From assembly GCA_963806225.1 (NCBI GenBank), contig CAWDXG010000001.1, positions 512,001-576,000 on the forward strand: a DNA stretch of 64,000 nucleotides, in the 5' to 3' direction. Each line of letters opens with the position of its first letter. Positions within the stretch are counted from its first letter, which is position 1. The translations under genes were made by a program, and so were the position numbers. This DNA is from an uncultured delta proteobacterium. GTDB taxonomy: Bacteria > Myxococcota_A > Polyangia > Polyangiales > Polyangiaceae. Under the pieces are notes generated by a model. That model was not told where the DNA came from. It ran no database searches and worked only from the letters and a program-made list of their open reading frames with translations. Positions 8,951 through 17,917 of the stretch are shown in pieces.

Positions 8951-11020
8951 GTGAAAAGCCAACTTGCCCATCGACTTGTCGAAAGCTCCATCGGTCTCGC
9001 CCTGCTTTTCAGCGCGGCGCACGCCCTCGCCGTCGGCACACGCCACTTCGACCTCGAGAACGGCGACGATTTCAAGGGCGGCGACCTGAAAGGCGTCGCC
9101 GTCGATTCGGCCGGTCAGGTCCGCGCGGGCTTCAACCTGGGCGCGATCCCCGTGCCGGAGGGGACGACGATCTGGAGCATACTGCCCATGCCCGACGGCT
9201 CGCTGCTGCTCGGGACGGGCAACGAAGGCAAGCTGCTCTCGCTCAAGGGAGCGAAGGTCGGCGTGGTGGCGGACACCAAGGCGCTCGTGGTCACGTCGCT
9301 CGCGCATGCCTGGGGCAGCAGCGTCGTGATGGGCACACTGCCCGACGGCAAGGTGATGAAGCTCGATGGCGGCAAGCTCTCGACCCTCGCTGCCCTCAAG
9401 GGCACCGAGCACGTGTGGCAGGTCGCTTTCGACAAGAAGAAGGGCGTCGTGTATGCGGCCACCGGTCCCGAAGGGAAGCTGTGGCGCATCGACCGGACCG
9501 GCAATGCACAGGTCTACTTCGATGCCCCCGAGCAACACCTGATGAGCGTCGCGGTGGCTCCGGACGGCACCGTCTACGCCGGCGCCAGCAACAAGGCCAA
9601 GCTCTACAAGATCACCGGCCCCGGACGCGCCAGCGTGCTGTACGACTTCGACCGCACCGAGGTGCGCGACATCGCGATCGGACCAAAGGGCGAGATCTAC
9701 GCGATCGCCAACAAGCTCACGACCGGGAGCTACGCGCCGACGCGCAAGGGGCATGGCATCCCGACCAGCGCCGGCCCGGCGTCGAGCGCGCCGAAGACGA
9801 AGGGCAAGGGCACGCTCTACGAGTTTGCGCCCGACGGCTCCTACGACCAGTTGCTCGACAACAAGGACGAGCACTTCGTCAGCCTCGCGGTTGGCGACGA
9901 CGGTCGGCCCTACGTCGGTACCGGCGTGGAGGGCCGCGTCTACACGGTGGACACGTCCCACAACCAGGTGCTGGTGGCCGACACCAAGGAGCGTCAGGTC
10001 ACGGCCCTGCTCCTGAGCGGCAAGCACCAGTTCGTGGCCAGCAGCGATCCGGCCGTACTGCATCCCGTCCACGGCGTCGGCGGCGCCGACGCGGTGTGGA
10101 CCAGCAAGGTGCTGGATGCCGGCATCCGCGCGCACTTCGGGCGCATGAGCTGGGTTTCCACCGGAACGCTCGAGCTGTCGACCCGCACCGGCAACACCAA
10201 GGAGCCGGACAAGACCTGGAGCGGCTGGAGCCAGCCCATCGCGGCGCCGGCGCGGCTCGCGAGCCCGCCCGGGCGCTACCTGCAGGTGCGCGCCCGCTGG
10301 AGCCGAGACCCGAAGGCGATCCTGAGCGAGCTCGAGATCCCGTTCGTGACCGACAATCTCCGCGCGACCCTCACGGAGATCGACGCGAGCTCCGGCGCGA
10401 AGAAGAAGAAGGGCTCGTCGTCGTCGTCGTCGTCGGACGGCGTGCACAAGTCAGGCGGTCCCATCACGAAGAAGCCCGACACGAAGGTCAAGCTCACCTG
10501 GAAGGTCGACAACCCCGACAAGGACGAGCTGCGCTACCGGATCGACTACCGCCTGATCGGCACGAAGACCTGGTACGACATGCTCAAGCCGGACGAGGTC
10601 CTCACCAAGAAGGAGTACACCTGGGACACGGCGGACCTGCCGGAGGGGCGCTACCGCGTGCGCCTGGTCGCCAGCGACGACATCTCGAATCCGCCGGGCC
10701 ACGCCAAGCAGAGCGAGCTCTTGAGCGACATCGTGCTTGTCGACAACACGCCGCCGACCGTGGAAGGGCTCAGGGTTGCGGGTCGCCACGTGCAGGGCAC
10801 CGCCGTGGACGGTGTGGGCCCCATCAAGCGGATCCAGATCTCGATCGCCGGGACCGGGGTCTGGTACCCGTTCTATCCGGTCGACGGGGTCTTCGACGAC
10901 CAGCGCGAGAAGTTCGACGCCGACGTGTCCAGCTTCTCGCCCAGAGGCCCGGCGCTGCTCAGCGTGCGCGTCTACGATCAGGCCAACAACTACGTGATCC
11001 GCAACGTCACGCTGAAGTAG
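8951..11020 (+). CDS. Secreted beta-propeller repeat protein with C-terminal Ig/FN3-like domains
   Basis: Signal peptide; repeated units such as DGSLLLGTGNEGKL, VYAATGPEGKLWRI, YVGTGVEGRVYTV; C-terminal LTWKVDNPDKDELRY and LPEGRYRVRLVASD. Confidence 0.75.
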   Translation: MKSQLAHRLVESSIGLALLFSAAHALAVGTRHFDLENGDDFKGGDLKGVAVDSAGQVRAGFNLGAIPVPEGTTIWSILPMPDGSLLLGTGNEGKLLSLKGAKVGVVADTKALVVTSLAHAWGSSVVMGTLPDGKVMKLDGGKLSTLAALKGTEHVWQVAFDKKKGVVYAATGPEGKLWRIDRTGNAQVYFDAPEQHLMSVAVAPDGTVYAGASNKAKLYKITGPGRASVLYDFDRTEVRDIAIGPKGEIYAIANKLTTGSYAPTRKGHGIPTSAGPASSAPKTKGKGTLYEFAPDGSYDQLLDNKDEHFVSLAVGDDGRPYVGTGVEGRVYTVDTSHNQVLVADTKERQVTALLLSGKHQFVASSDPAVLHPVHGVGGADAVWTSKVLDAGIRAHFGRMSWVSTGTLELSTRTGNTKEPDKTWSGWSQPIAAPARLASPPGRYLQVRARWSRDPKAILSELEIPFVTDNLRATLTEIDASSGAKKKKGSSSSSSSDGVHKSGGPITKKPDTKVKLTWKVDNPDKDELRYRIDYRLIGTKTWYDMLKPDEVLTKKEYTWDTADLPEGRYRVRLVASDDISNPPGHAKQSELLSDIVLVDNTPPTVEGLRVAGRHVQGTAVDGVGPIKRIQISIAGTGVWYPFYPVDGVFDDQREKFDADVSSFSPRGPALLSVRVYDQANNYVIRNVTLK

Positions 11021-11097
11021 CCGATCTGGGCCAGGACCGCGACACGGCTGCCAGGGTCCCGGCCGTGCCCGGAGCGCGCCGCGCACGATTCGGCCTC

Positions 11098-11113
11098 CGG
11101 CACGGCATGTGCT
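11098..11113 (+). promoter_or_regulatory. Candidate sigma-54 promoter upstream of the Cys-rich lipoprotein
   Basis: CGGCACG-GCAT-GTGCT with GG-N10-GC spacing. Confidence 0.45.
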
Positions 11114-11181
11114 CTACTGGCAGCTGGTGCTAGAGTTCCGGGTATATTCCCGGGCTTTTCCCAGGGCTCTCGCTGGGTTCG

Positions 11182-12273
11182 ATGTCACGACCTCTCCGCT
11201 TGTTCGTCCGTAGTCTTCTCGGCCTCGCGCTCGCCGCCGGCTTGGCCGCAGCGGGCTGCGCCAGCCTCGGCGACGCGAGCGCGCTGGGCAACGGTCACTG
11301 CTTCGGTCTGCAGTGCCCGGACTCGGGAGTCGGCGCGGGCGGCGATGGCACCATCGCCAACCCGCCCGAGGCCGGTAGCGACGCCGAAGCCGGCCCCGGA
11401 GGGACGAGCCATCTGTGCGCCAGCGGCTGCCAGCCGGATGACCCGACGGCGTGCACCGGCGTCGGCGCGGGTCCAGCCGAAGCGGGCCCGGGCGATGCCG
11501 CCTTCACCGCCGATGCGATGACCACCCCCGACGCCGGCGCGAGCGCGGACGCGGCAGCGGGCTTCGCCGATGCTGCGGCGGGACAGGGCGATGCGGCGCC
11601 GGACGCAGGCGCTGGCGTGCCGGCGCCGGGTTACGGCTGCCATCTCACCCGCCAGAGCGGTTCGGCGGTGGCGGTGTGCGAACCCGCAGGCCAGGGCAGG
11701 GAGCACGCGCCGTGCGTTGACTCCAGCGACTGCGCTGCGGGCTACGGCTGCGTGCTGGACGGCGCGGCGGGCGAGTGCCGTCACTTCTGCTGTGCCGGCA
11801 ACTCGGCCTGCGCGTGCGATCCGGACGCGGGCACGGACTGCGATCCCGGGCTCGCCGGGACGTTCTGCGCCGACCGCCCGCTGAAAGCCGACATCCCGTA
11901 CGGCGGTCCCACGCAGACGCAGCAGCTGGCCCCCGTGTGTGTGCCGGCGGACAACTGCAACCTGGCCGAGCCGTACCCGTGCCAGGCGTCCAACCCCGCC
12001 GACTGCACCTGCCCCGAGCCCGGCACCGCCTGCATGGTGGTGGGTGATGGCTTGACGAGCTGTATCGCGCCACCCGGCACCGGCCAGGCGGGCGACGCAT
12101 GTCCCTGTGCGTGGGGCCATGTCTGCTCCCAGGCCACCGGCAAGTGCCTGAAGATCTGCTCGCTGACGACGAACGATCCGGGCTGCGGCGGCGGCAAGTG
12201 CCAGGCCAGCAAGCAGATGCCCGACTACTTCGGCGTGTGCGTGCCTTCCGCAGTCCCCGACGGCGGCTACTAG
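11182..12273 (+). CDS. Cysteine-rich myxobacterial lipoprotein
   Basis: Lipobox LAAAGC, DAG-rich linker, more than 30 Cys in EGF-like spacing. Confidence 0.8.
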   Translation: MSRPLRLFVRSLLGLALAAGLAAAGCASLGDASALGNGHCFGLQCPDSGVGAGGDGTIANPPEAGSDAEAGPGGTSHLCASGCQPDDPTACTGVGAGPAEAGPGDAAFTADAMTTPDAGASADAAAGFADAAAGQGDAAPDAGAGVPAPGYGCHLTRQSGSAVAVCEPAGQGREHAPCVDSSDCAAGYGCVLDGAAGECRHFCCAGNSACACDPDAGTDCDPGLAGTFCADRPLKADIPYGGPTQTQQLAPVCVPADNCNLAEPYPCQASNPADCTCPEPGTACMVVGDGLTSCIAPPGTGQAGDACPCAWGHVCSQATGKCLKICSLTTNDPGCGGGKCQASKQMPDYFGVCVPSAVPDGGY

Positions 12274-12320
12274 CCAGCTCGCGCTCCGGCTGGCGCCGAC
12301 GCCGTCGGGGTGACCGCGTC

Positions 12321-12752
12321 CTACGCGCGCAGCGCCTTGACGGCCTGGGCTACGTCCTTGCCGTCGACCTCGGCGCCGCTGGCCTTGAGATGTTTCATCG
12401 CGACGCCGGTGGCCTGGCCGTCGTTGCCGGCGGCGCGGATCGCGTCGGCGACCGGGGCGAGGGCGGCGGCGATCTCCTCGACCGACAACGACCTGGGGAG
12501 CAGCTGCTGCAGGATGGCGATCTCGCTCTCGAGCGTGGACTTCTGCTCCGCGTCGGTCGCGGACTCGAGCGTCTCGCGGTTCGACTTGATGAGCTTCTTG
12601 AGAATCCTGGTTGCCAGAGCGTCGTCGGCCTGCGCGCCGCGCGCCTCCTCGGTCTGGATCTCGCCCAGGGCGACGCGCAGGATCTCCTTTTCCAGAGTGT
12701 TCCCTGCTTTCATCGCGGCCTGGATGCGCTGCTTGATCTGGTCGACGAGCAC
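12321..12752 (-). CDS. GatB/YqeY domain protein
   Basis: QIKQRIQAAMKAG...ILRVALGEIQ...ILKKLIKSNRE...EIAILQQLLP..LSVEEI...DGKDVAQAVK. GTG start inferred. Confidence 0.85.
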   Translation of the reverse strand: MLVDQIKQRIQAAMKAGNTLEKEILRVALGEIQTEEARGAQADDALATRILKKLIKSNRETLESATDAEQKSTLESEIAILQQLLPRSLSVEEIAAALAPVADAIRAAGNDGQATGVAMKHLKASGAEVDGKDVAQAVKALRA

Positions 12753-12836
12753 GATGCCCGTGAGCCTAGCGCGCCTGCCTGCGCCGGGCTCCGGTTTTCT
12801 GCCGGAGCGCCGGAGCGGCAACCCGTCTCCTCTAGC

Positions 12837-13778
12837 TCAGCTGCCCGGCTTGGCCGGCGGTACGAGGCTGTGCCGCTGCGGGTCGGGGGGCCGGCGGCGT
12901 TCGGCGCTCTCGAGCTGGGCGTTCAGCTCGGCGCCGGTGAGCAGGGCCGCGCACCAGATCCACAGCCAGGCGAGCGCGATCGCGACCGCCGCGAGGCTGC
13001 CGTAGAACATGGCGAAGCGCGCCAGCGTGCTGGCGTAGTAGCCGAACGCATACGAGGCGAAGCCGCCGATGCCGACCGCCAGGACGGCGCCGGGCCACAT
13101 GTGCCGCTTCACTCCGGGGCGGTTGATGGCGATGCGGTAGAAGGCGGCCAACAGCACCGTCAGCGTGACGATCGCGACGAGCAGCGCGATGTAGTGCGCC
13201 AGCACGCGTGTCCCGCTGTGGGGGACGTCCGGATCGAGGAACCTGAGCATCGCGATCGGGCCGCCTGCGAGCAGCACGGCGACGTAGCTCGACAGGCCCG
13301 ACGCAGCCAGTGCGACCAGCACGCAGCCCAGCGCGATCAGCCGCTTCTTCCACCATGGCCGCTTCTTGGCGTCGAGCGCGATCTCGAACACGCGCATCTG
13401 CGTGTGGAACGCCGACGACGCGAGCCAGAAGGAGCCGAGCACGGCCAGCGGCGCTACCGCGCCGGCCGAGAAGCGCCCGAAGTTCCTGGTGATCAGCAGG
13501 TGGAGCTCGTACGGCGTGTGATCGACCAGGCTGGAGAGCGTGTACAGCGTCTCCGGGCTGTCCTTGAGCACGTTGGCGAACGCCCAGCCGGCCAGCGCCA
13601 CCATCGGGATGCTGGCCAGGAACAGGTCGAACGCCATCGCGTTCGCGGTCTGGGCCAGGCGGTGGCGGCCCATGCCCCGGACCAGCGAGAAGATTCCGCG
13701 CCGCAGCGGCCCCCGGTCGAAGTAGGTCTCCACGCGCTGGAGCGCGTTGATCTTGAGGGAACGGGTCTTTTCCAGCAT
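12837..13778 (-). CDS. YihY/virulence factor BrkB family membrane protein
   Basis: ANAMAFDLFLASIP, KKRPWWKKRLIAL, WPGAVLA, FYGSLAAVAIALAWLW...GAELNA. Confidence 0.9.
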   Translation of the reverse strand: MLEKTRSLKINALQRVETYFDRGPLRRGIFSLVRGMGRHRLAQTANAMAFDLFLASIPMVALAGWAFANVLKDSPETLYTLSSLVDHTPYELHLLITRNFGRFSAGAVAPLAVLGSFWLASSAFHTQMRVFEIALDAKKRPWWKKRLIALGCVLVALAASGLSSYVAVLLAGGPIAMLRFLDPDVPHSGTRVLAHYIALLVAIVTLTVLLAAFYRIAINRPGVKRHMWPGAVLAVGIGGFASYAFGYYASTLARFAMFYGSLAAVAIALAWLWIWCAALLTGAELNAQLESAERRRPPDPQRHSLVPPAKPGS

Positions 13779-13846
13779 GCGCGGACGGGCCCACGTCGTG
13801 GGCGGAGGGCCCCACGCTGCGGCGGGGAATGCTATACGGCCAACGC

Positions 13847-14263
13847 GTGACGGTACACCAACAAACCCTGGAAGTGCCCACCTCCGGCCGCGGCTTTTCC
13901 GATCTCGGCTCCCGCCTGCGGCAGATCGTGCGCGAGAGCGGCGTGCGCGTGGGCCTGTGCACGGTGTTCGTGCGCCACACCTCGGCGAGCCTGGTCATCC
14001 AGGAAAATGCCGATCCGGCGGTGTTGCGCGATCTGGAGCGCTGGATGGCCGAGCTCGCTCCCGAGTCGCGCCGCTGGGAGCACGACGCTGAAGGCGACGA
14101 CGACATGCCCGCCCACGCGCGCTCGGCCCTGACGCGGAGCTCCGAGTCCATCCCGGTGGTCGACGGGGAGCTCGCGCTCGGTACCTGGCAGGCGCTGTAC
14201 CTGTGGGAGCACCGCGCGCGGCCGCACCGCCGCCAGGTCGTGGTGCACGTGAGCGGCGAATGA
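13847..14263 (+). CDS. yjbQ: YjbQ/UPF0047 family protein (secondary thiamine-phosphate synthase)
   Basis: HTSASLVIQENADP, HDAEGDDDMPAH, LALGTWQALYLWEHR. GTG 13847 chosen over ATG 13829 because of the TATACG -10-like box just upstream. Confidence 0.9.
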   Translation: MTVHQQTLEVPTSGRGFSDLGSRLRQIVRESGVRVGLCTVFVRHTSASLVIQENADPAVLRDLERWMAELAPESRRWEHDAEGDDDMPAHARSALTRSSESIPVVDGELALGTWQALYLWEHRARPHRRQVVVHVSGE

Positions 14264-14276
14264 GTGGAGCACCGAC

Positions 14277-14774
14277 ATGAGCCTGCCCGAGACACCCTGC
14301 GCTTTCGACGAGGCATTCCTCGCCGACCTGCCCTATGACCCCGAGGTGCTGCTGTTCGATCAGCTGCTCGAGGCCGACGCCGGAGAGCGCAGGGTGCGCT
14401 GCCGCATGCCCACTGATCGCCCGCTGCCGTTCACCGACAGCCAGCGCGTCCATCCGACGCGCCATCCGCGCCACGTGGCCGGCGCCGTCATGGTGCACGC
14501 GACCGGCATGCTCGGCTTCGTCCACGCGTACTATCTGCTCGGCCTGCGCCATCACCAGGGATGGGTGGGCTACGGGAGCAACATCCACAAGGTGTCGTTC
14601 CGCAAGCTGGTGCCGCCCGGCTCGCCCATCGAAGCCACCTGTACGGCCACGCGCCAGCGCCTCGGCAAGGCGCGCCACGTCGTCCGCTACAACTTCGAGT
14701 TCCGGCACGAAGGCGAGATCTGCTACGAGGGCGACCAGAGCGCGTTCTGGCTCAGGATCGACGACGAGGCCTGA
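14277..14774 (+). CDS. Hotdog-fold protein, FabZ/FabA-like dehydratase
   Basis: LPYDPEVLLFDQLLE, HPRHVAGAVMVHATG, KVSFRKLVPPGS (FabZ-like layout with non-canonical catalytic residues). Confidence 0.65.
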   Translation: MSLPETPCAFDEAFLADLPYDPEVLLFDQLLEADAGERRVRCRMPTDRPLPFTDSQRVHPTRHPRHVAGAVMVHATGMLGFVHAYYLLGLRHHQGWVGYGSNIHKVSFRKLVPPGSPIEATCTATRQRLGKARHVVRYNFEFRHEGEICYEGDQSAFWLRIDDEA

Positions 14775-14828
14775 CGTCATGGCGAGCCCGCGAGGCTCTG
14801 GCGATGGGCCTGGCGCTCCCGGGCGACC

Positions 14829-15203
14829 TCAGGCGGGGTAGTAGCGGGTCGCCCGCTTGTGCCCCTCGGTGCGGATGCGTCCGGCTCGCAGCAGACGCTG
14901 CACCGGTAGCATCAGCTCGCGGCTGGTGAGGCCGAGATCGCCGGAGAGCTCCTCCATGCGCCGCCCCGGCGTGGACCGGATGTGGCGCTCGAGCGCGGCG
15001 ACGGTGCGCTCGATCTGGGCGCGCGTGCGCTTTGCGTTCGTCCGCGGAGCAACCAGACGGTAGGGCGCCTTCGCCGGGGAAATTGCCGGCTCCCCCGCAA
15101 GAACGCGCGACACGGACTCGAACGCGACGCGGCGTACGAGCTCGCTCATATCCGCCGCGAACGCCGTGATGCACTCTTCTATCCTGTCGTGGACGTCGGA
15201 CAT
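14829..15203 (-). CDS. Small DNA-binding protein (N-terminal amphipathic helices, C-terminal winged helix)
   Basis: KRTRAQIE...HIRSTPGRRMEELSGDLG....ELMLPVQRLLRAGRIRTEGHKRATRYYP. Confidence 0.75.
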   Translation of the reverse strand: MSDVHDRIEECITAFAADMSELVRRVAFESVSRVLAGEPAISPAKAPYRLVAPRTNAKRTRAQIERTVAALERHIRSTPGRRMEELSGDLGLTSRELMLPVQRLLRAGRIRTEGHKRATRYYPA

Positions 15204-15356
15204 GTCGGGGATGGGACTAACGTCGACTCGGTGTTTTCGTCAAGCTGCGTGTAGAGACAAAGAGACTTGATCCAGGTCCTGGTAGAACCCTCGACAGTGA
15301 GGGGACGCCTGGAGCGGGCCGGGGCGGCTTCGGGCTCGTGCTAGACTTGGCCCGGC

Positions 15357-16376
15357 ATGCAGGATGGCACGCAGTATTCCGGGCTCCCGGAGCGGCTCCG
15401 CCGCCGCACCGGCTCGGTGCTGGTCGACAGTTTCTTCCGCGGCCTGGCGGGGGCCGGCCGGTTGCACCCGCGAGCGCGACCCGAAGCGCACAACGTGGAA
15501 GTGATCCACAACGTGCCGTACCGGTCGACCGGGCTCGACGAGCACCTGCTGGATGTCTACCGGCCCGCCGGCGCAGCGCCGGATGCGCTCCTGCCCGCCG
15601 TGCTCTACGTGCACGGAGGAGGTTTCCGCATCCTGAGCAAGGACACGCACTGGCTGATGGGGCTTGCCTTCGCCCGGCGCGGCTACGTCGTTTTCAACAT
15701 CAGCTACCGCCTCGCGCCGGAGCATCCATTTCCGGCGGCGCTCGAGGACGCCTGCTCGGCGCTCGGGTGGGTGGCGGAGCACGCTGGGAGCTACGGCGGC
15801 GACGCTTCCCGGCTGGTCCTTGCCGGCGAGAGCGCCGGCGCCAACCTGGTCACTTCGCTCGCCGTGGTCACGTCCTATCCGAGGAGCGAGCCGTGGGCCC
15901 GCGCCGTCTGGGATCGGGGGCTCCAGCCGCGGGCGGTCGTTCCTGCCTGCGGCATGCTGCAGGTGTCGAACCCAGAGCGCTTCCGCCAGCGCTGGCCGCG
16001 CATGAAAGCATTCATCAACGACCGGCTGCTGGAGGTGAGCGACGCCTACCTGAAGGGCAGCGCGAGCCAGGCCAGCGGGACCATGGATCTGGCGGACCCG
16101 CTCGTGCTGCTGGAGCGCGGCATCCAGCCGGAGCGTCCGCTGCCGCCGTTCTTCGTGCCGTGTGGCACCAAGGACCCGCTGATCGACGACTCGCAGCGGC
16201 TGGCCGTGGCGCTCGAGCAGCTCGGCGTGCAGCACGAAGCCCAGTACTATCCGGGCGAGGTGCACGCGTTCCACGCAATGATCTGGCGCCGCAACGCGCG
16301 GCGTTGCTGGGCTCACACCTTCAGCTTCCTGGAGCGGCAGGGGGTCGAGGGCGCGCGAGCGGCTGGCCGGGGCTAG
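15357..16376 (+). CDS. Alpha/beta hydrolase (HSL-family esterase/lipase)
   Basis: YVHGGGF oxyanion motif, GESAG nucleophile, DPL and HAF triad residues. Confidence 0.92.
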   Translation: MQDGTQYSGLPERLRRRTGSVLVDSFFRGLAGAGRLHPRARPEAHNVEVIHNVPYRSTGLDEHLLDVYRPAGAAPDALLPAVLYVHGGGFRILSKDTHWLMGLAFARRGYVVFNISYRLAPEHPFPAALEDACSALGWVAEHAGSYGGDASRLVLAGESAGANLVTSLAVVTSYPRSEPWARAVWDRGLQPRAVVPACGMLQVSNPERFRQRWPRMKAFINDRLLEVSDAYLKGSASQASGTMDLADPLVLLERGIQPERPLPPFFVPCGTKDPLIDDSQRLAVALEQLGVQHEAQYYPGEVHAFHAMIWRRNARRCWAHTFSFLERQGVEGARAAGRG

Positions 16377-17287
16377 GGCGGGAGCGTCTTGACGAACGCG
16401 CGAGCGACGTCGCGCGGGCTCTGCCCGTGGATGTCGACCTCGGCGTTCATGCGGCGCATGCGCGCGTCGTCGATGCGCCCGGCGAGCACACCGAGCACGC
16501 GCCGTAGCCCGGGGTGGGCCAGCAGGGTGCCCTGGCGGATCAGCGGTGCAGCCTGGTAGGGCGGGAAGAAGTGCCGGTCGTCGCGCAGCACGACCAGACC
16601 GAGCTTGTCGATGCGTCCGTCCGTGGCGTAGGCGCTGATCACGTCGACCGCGCCATCGGCGAGGGCGCGGTACATGAGGCCGGCTTCCATGCTGCGTGGC
16701 GCGTCGCTGAAGTGGATGCCGTAGCGCTTCTCGAGGCCGGGATAGCCGTCGCGGCGCGCCAGGAACTCGGCGGTGAAGCCCGCACGCAGATCGGGATGGC
16801 CGGCGAGGTCGGAGATGCGCCGGACGCCGAGACGCCGGACCGTCGAGCGTCGCATCGCCAGGGCATAGGTGTTGTTGAAGGCGAGGGGCGGAAGCCACAC
16901 CAACGCCCAGCGCCGCGAGAACTCGCGGCGCACCGTCGAAAGGACCTGCCCCGGGTCCGTCGACGCGGGGCGATCGAGGATCGCCATCAGCCCGGTGCCC
17001 GTGTACTCGGGATACACATCGATTGCGCCCTGCGTGAGCGCCTGGAAGCAGACCTGCGTTCCTCCCAGGTCCAGGCGCCGCTGCACGGCGAGGTGCGTGC
17101 GCTTCTCGATCAGCTCCGACATGATTTCCCCGAGCAGGATCCCCTCGGTGTCCGCCTTGGAGCCGATGCTGATCGTATCGCGGCGCGCGCCGTGCGCGTC
17201 GATCAGGGCGAACACGCCGCGGAAGATCGCGAACGCGGCGAGCACGAAGCCCATGAGCCCCGCGACCGCCCAGAGCCGTGCCCGCAA
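16373..17287 (-). CDS. Glycine betaine/choline-type ABC transporter substrate-binding protein (OpuCC/OsmX family)
   Basis: IGSKADTEG, IDVYPEYTGT, FNNTYAL, DGYPGL, AYATDGRI, DDRHFFPPYQAAP. Confidence 0.92.
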   Translation of the reverse strand: MRARLWAVAGLMGFVLAAFAIFRGVFALIDAHGARRDTISIGSKADTEGILLGEIMSELIEKRTHLAVQRRLDLGGTQVCFQALTQGAIDVYPEYTGTGLMAILDRPASTDPGQVLSTVRREFSRRWALVWLPPLAFNNTYALAMRRSTVRRLGVRRISDLAGHPDLRAGFTAEFLARRDGYPGLEKRYGIHFSDAPRSMEAGLMYRALADGAVDVISAYATDGRIDKLGLVVLRDDRHFFPPYQAAPLIRQGTLLAHPGLRRVLGVLAGRIDDARMRRMNAEVDIHGQSPRDVARAFVKTLPP

Positions 17288-17290
17288 CGC

Positions 17291-17917
17291 TCAGCTCCCC
17301 CTGAGCCCCGGCGGCACCAGCTTGCGTTCGAGCAGCGCCAGCAGCCCGTCGAGCACGAGCGCCAGGAGCGCCGCGGGCACGGCGCCCATCAGGACCGTCC
17401 GCATGTCGACCATGGCGATGCCGCGGAAGATGAACTTGCCGAGGCCGCCCGCGCCCACCAGCGCGGCCAGTGTCGCGACGCCGACGTTGATCACCGTCGA
17501 GGTACGGATGCCGCCCATCACGACCGGCAGCGCCTGGGGCAGGGCGATGTGCAGCAGGATCTGCCGGGGCTGCATGCCCATGCCGCGCGCTGCGTCGACC
17601 ATGGCCGGGTCGATGCCGCCGAGGCCGGCGTACGTGTTGCGCACGATCGGCAGGAGCGCATACAGGAACAAGGCGACCAGCGCGGGCTTTTTGCCGATCC
17701 CCAGCAGCGGAATGAGCAGACCCAGAAGTGCGAGGCTGGGCACGGTCTGGATCATCCCGACGAAGGCCAGCACGGGCGAGGCCAGAAACCGCTGCCGCAC
17801 CAGATAGGCTCCGAGCGGGACGCCGATGACGACCGCAATGCCGACGGCGATGGCGGTGAGCTCGAGGTGTTCCGCCGTGGCCACCAACAGGGCATGCCAG
17901 TCCAGGCTCATCACCAC
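17291..17917 (-). CDS. Osmoprotectant ABC transporter permease
   Basis: QTVPSLALLG, LYALLPIVRNTY, DAARGMGM (EAA loop), GAGGLGKFIFRG. Confidence 0.92.
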   Translation of the reverse strand: MVMSLDWHALLVATAEHLELTAIAVGIAVVIGVPLGAYLVRQRFLASPVLAFVGMIQTVPSLALLGLLIPLLGIGKKPALVALFLYALLPIVRNTYAGLGGIDPAMVDAARGMGMQPRQILLHIALPQALPVVMGGIRTSTVINVGVATLAALVGAGGLGKFIFRGIAMVDMRTVLMGAVPAALLALVLDGLLALLERKLVPPGLRGS

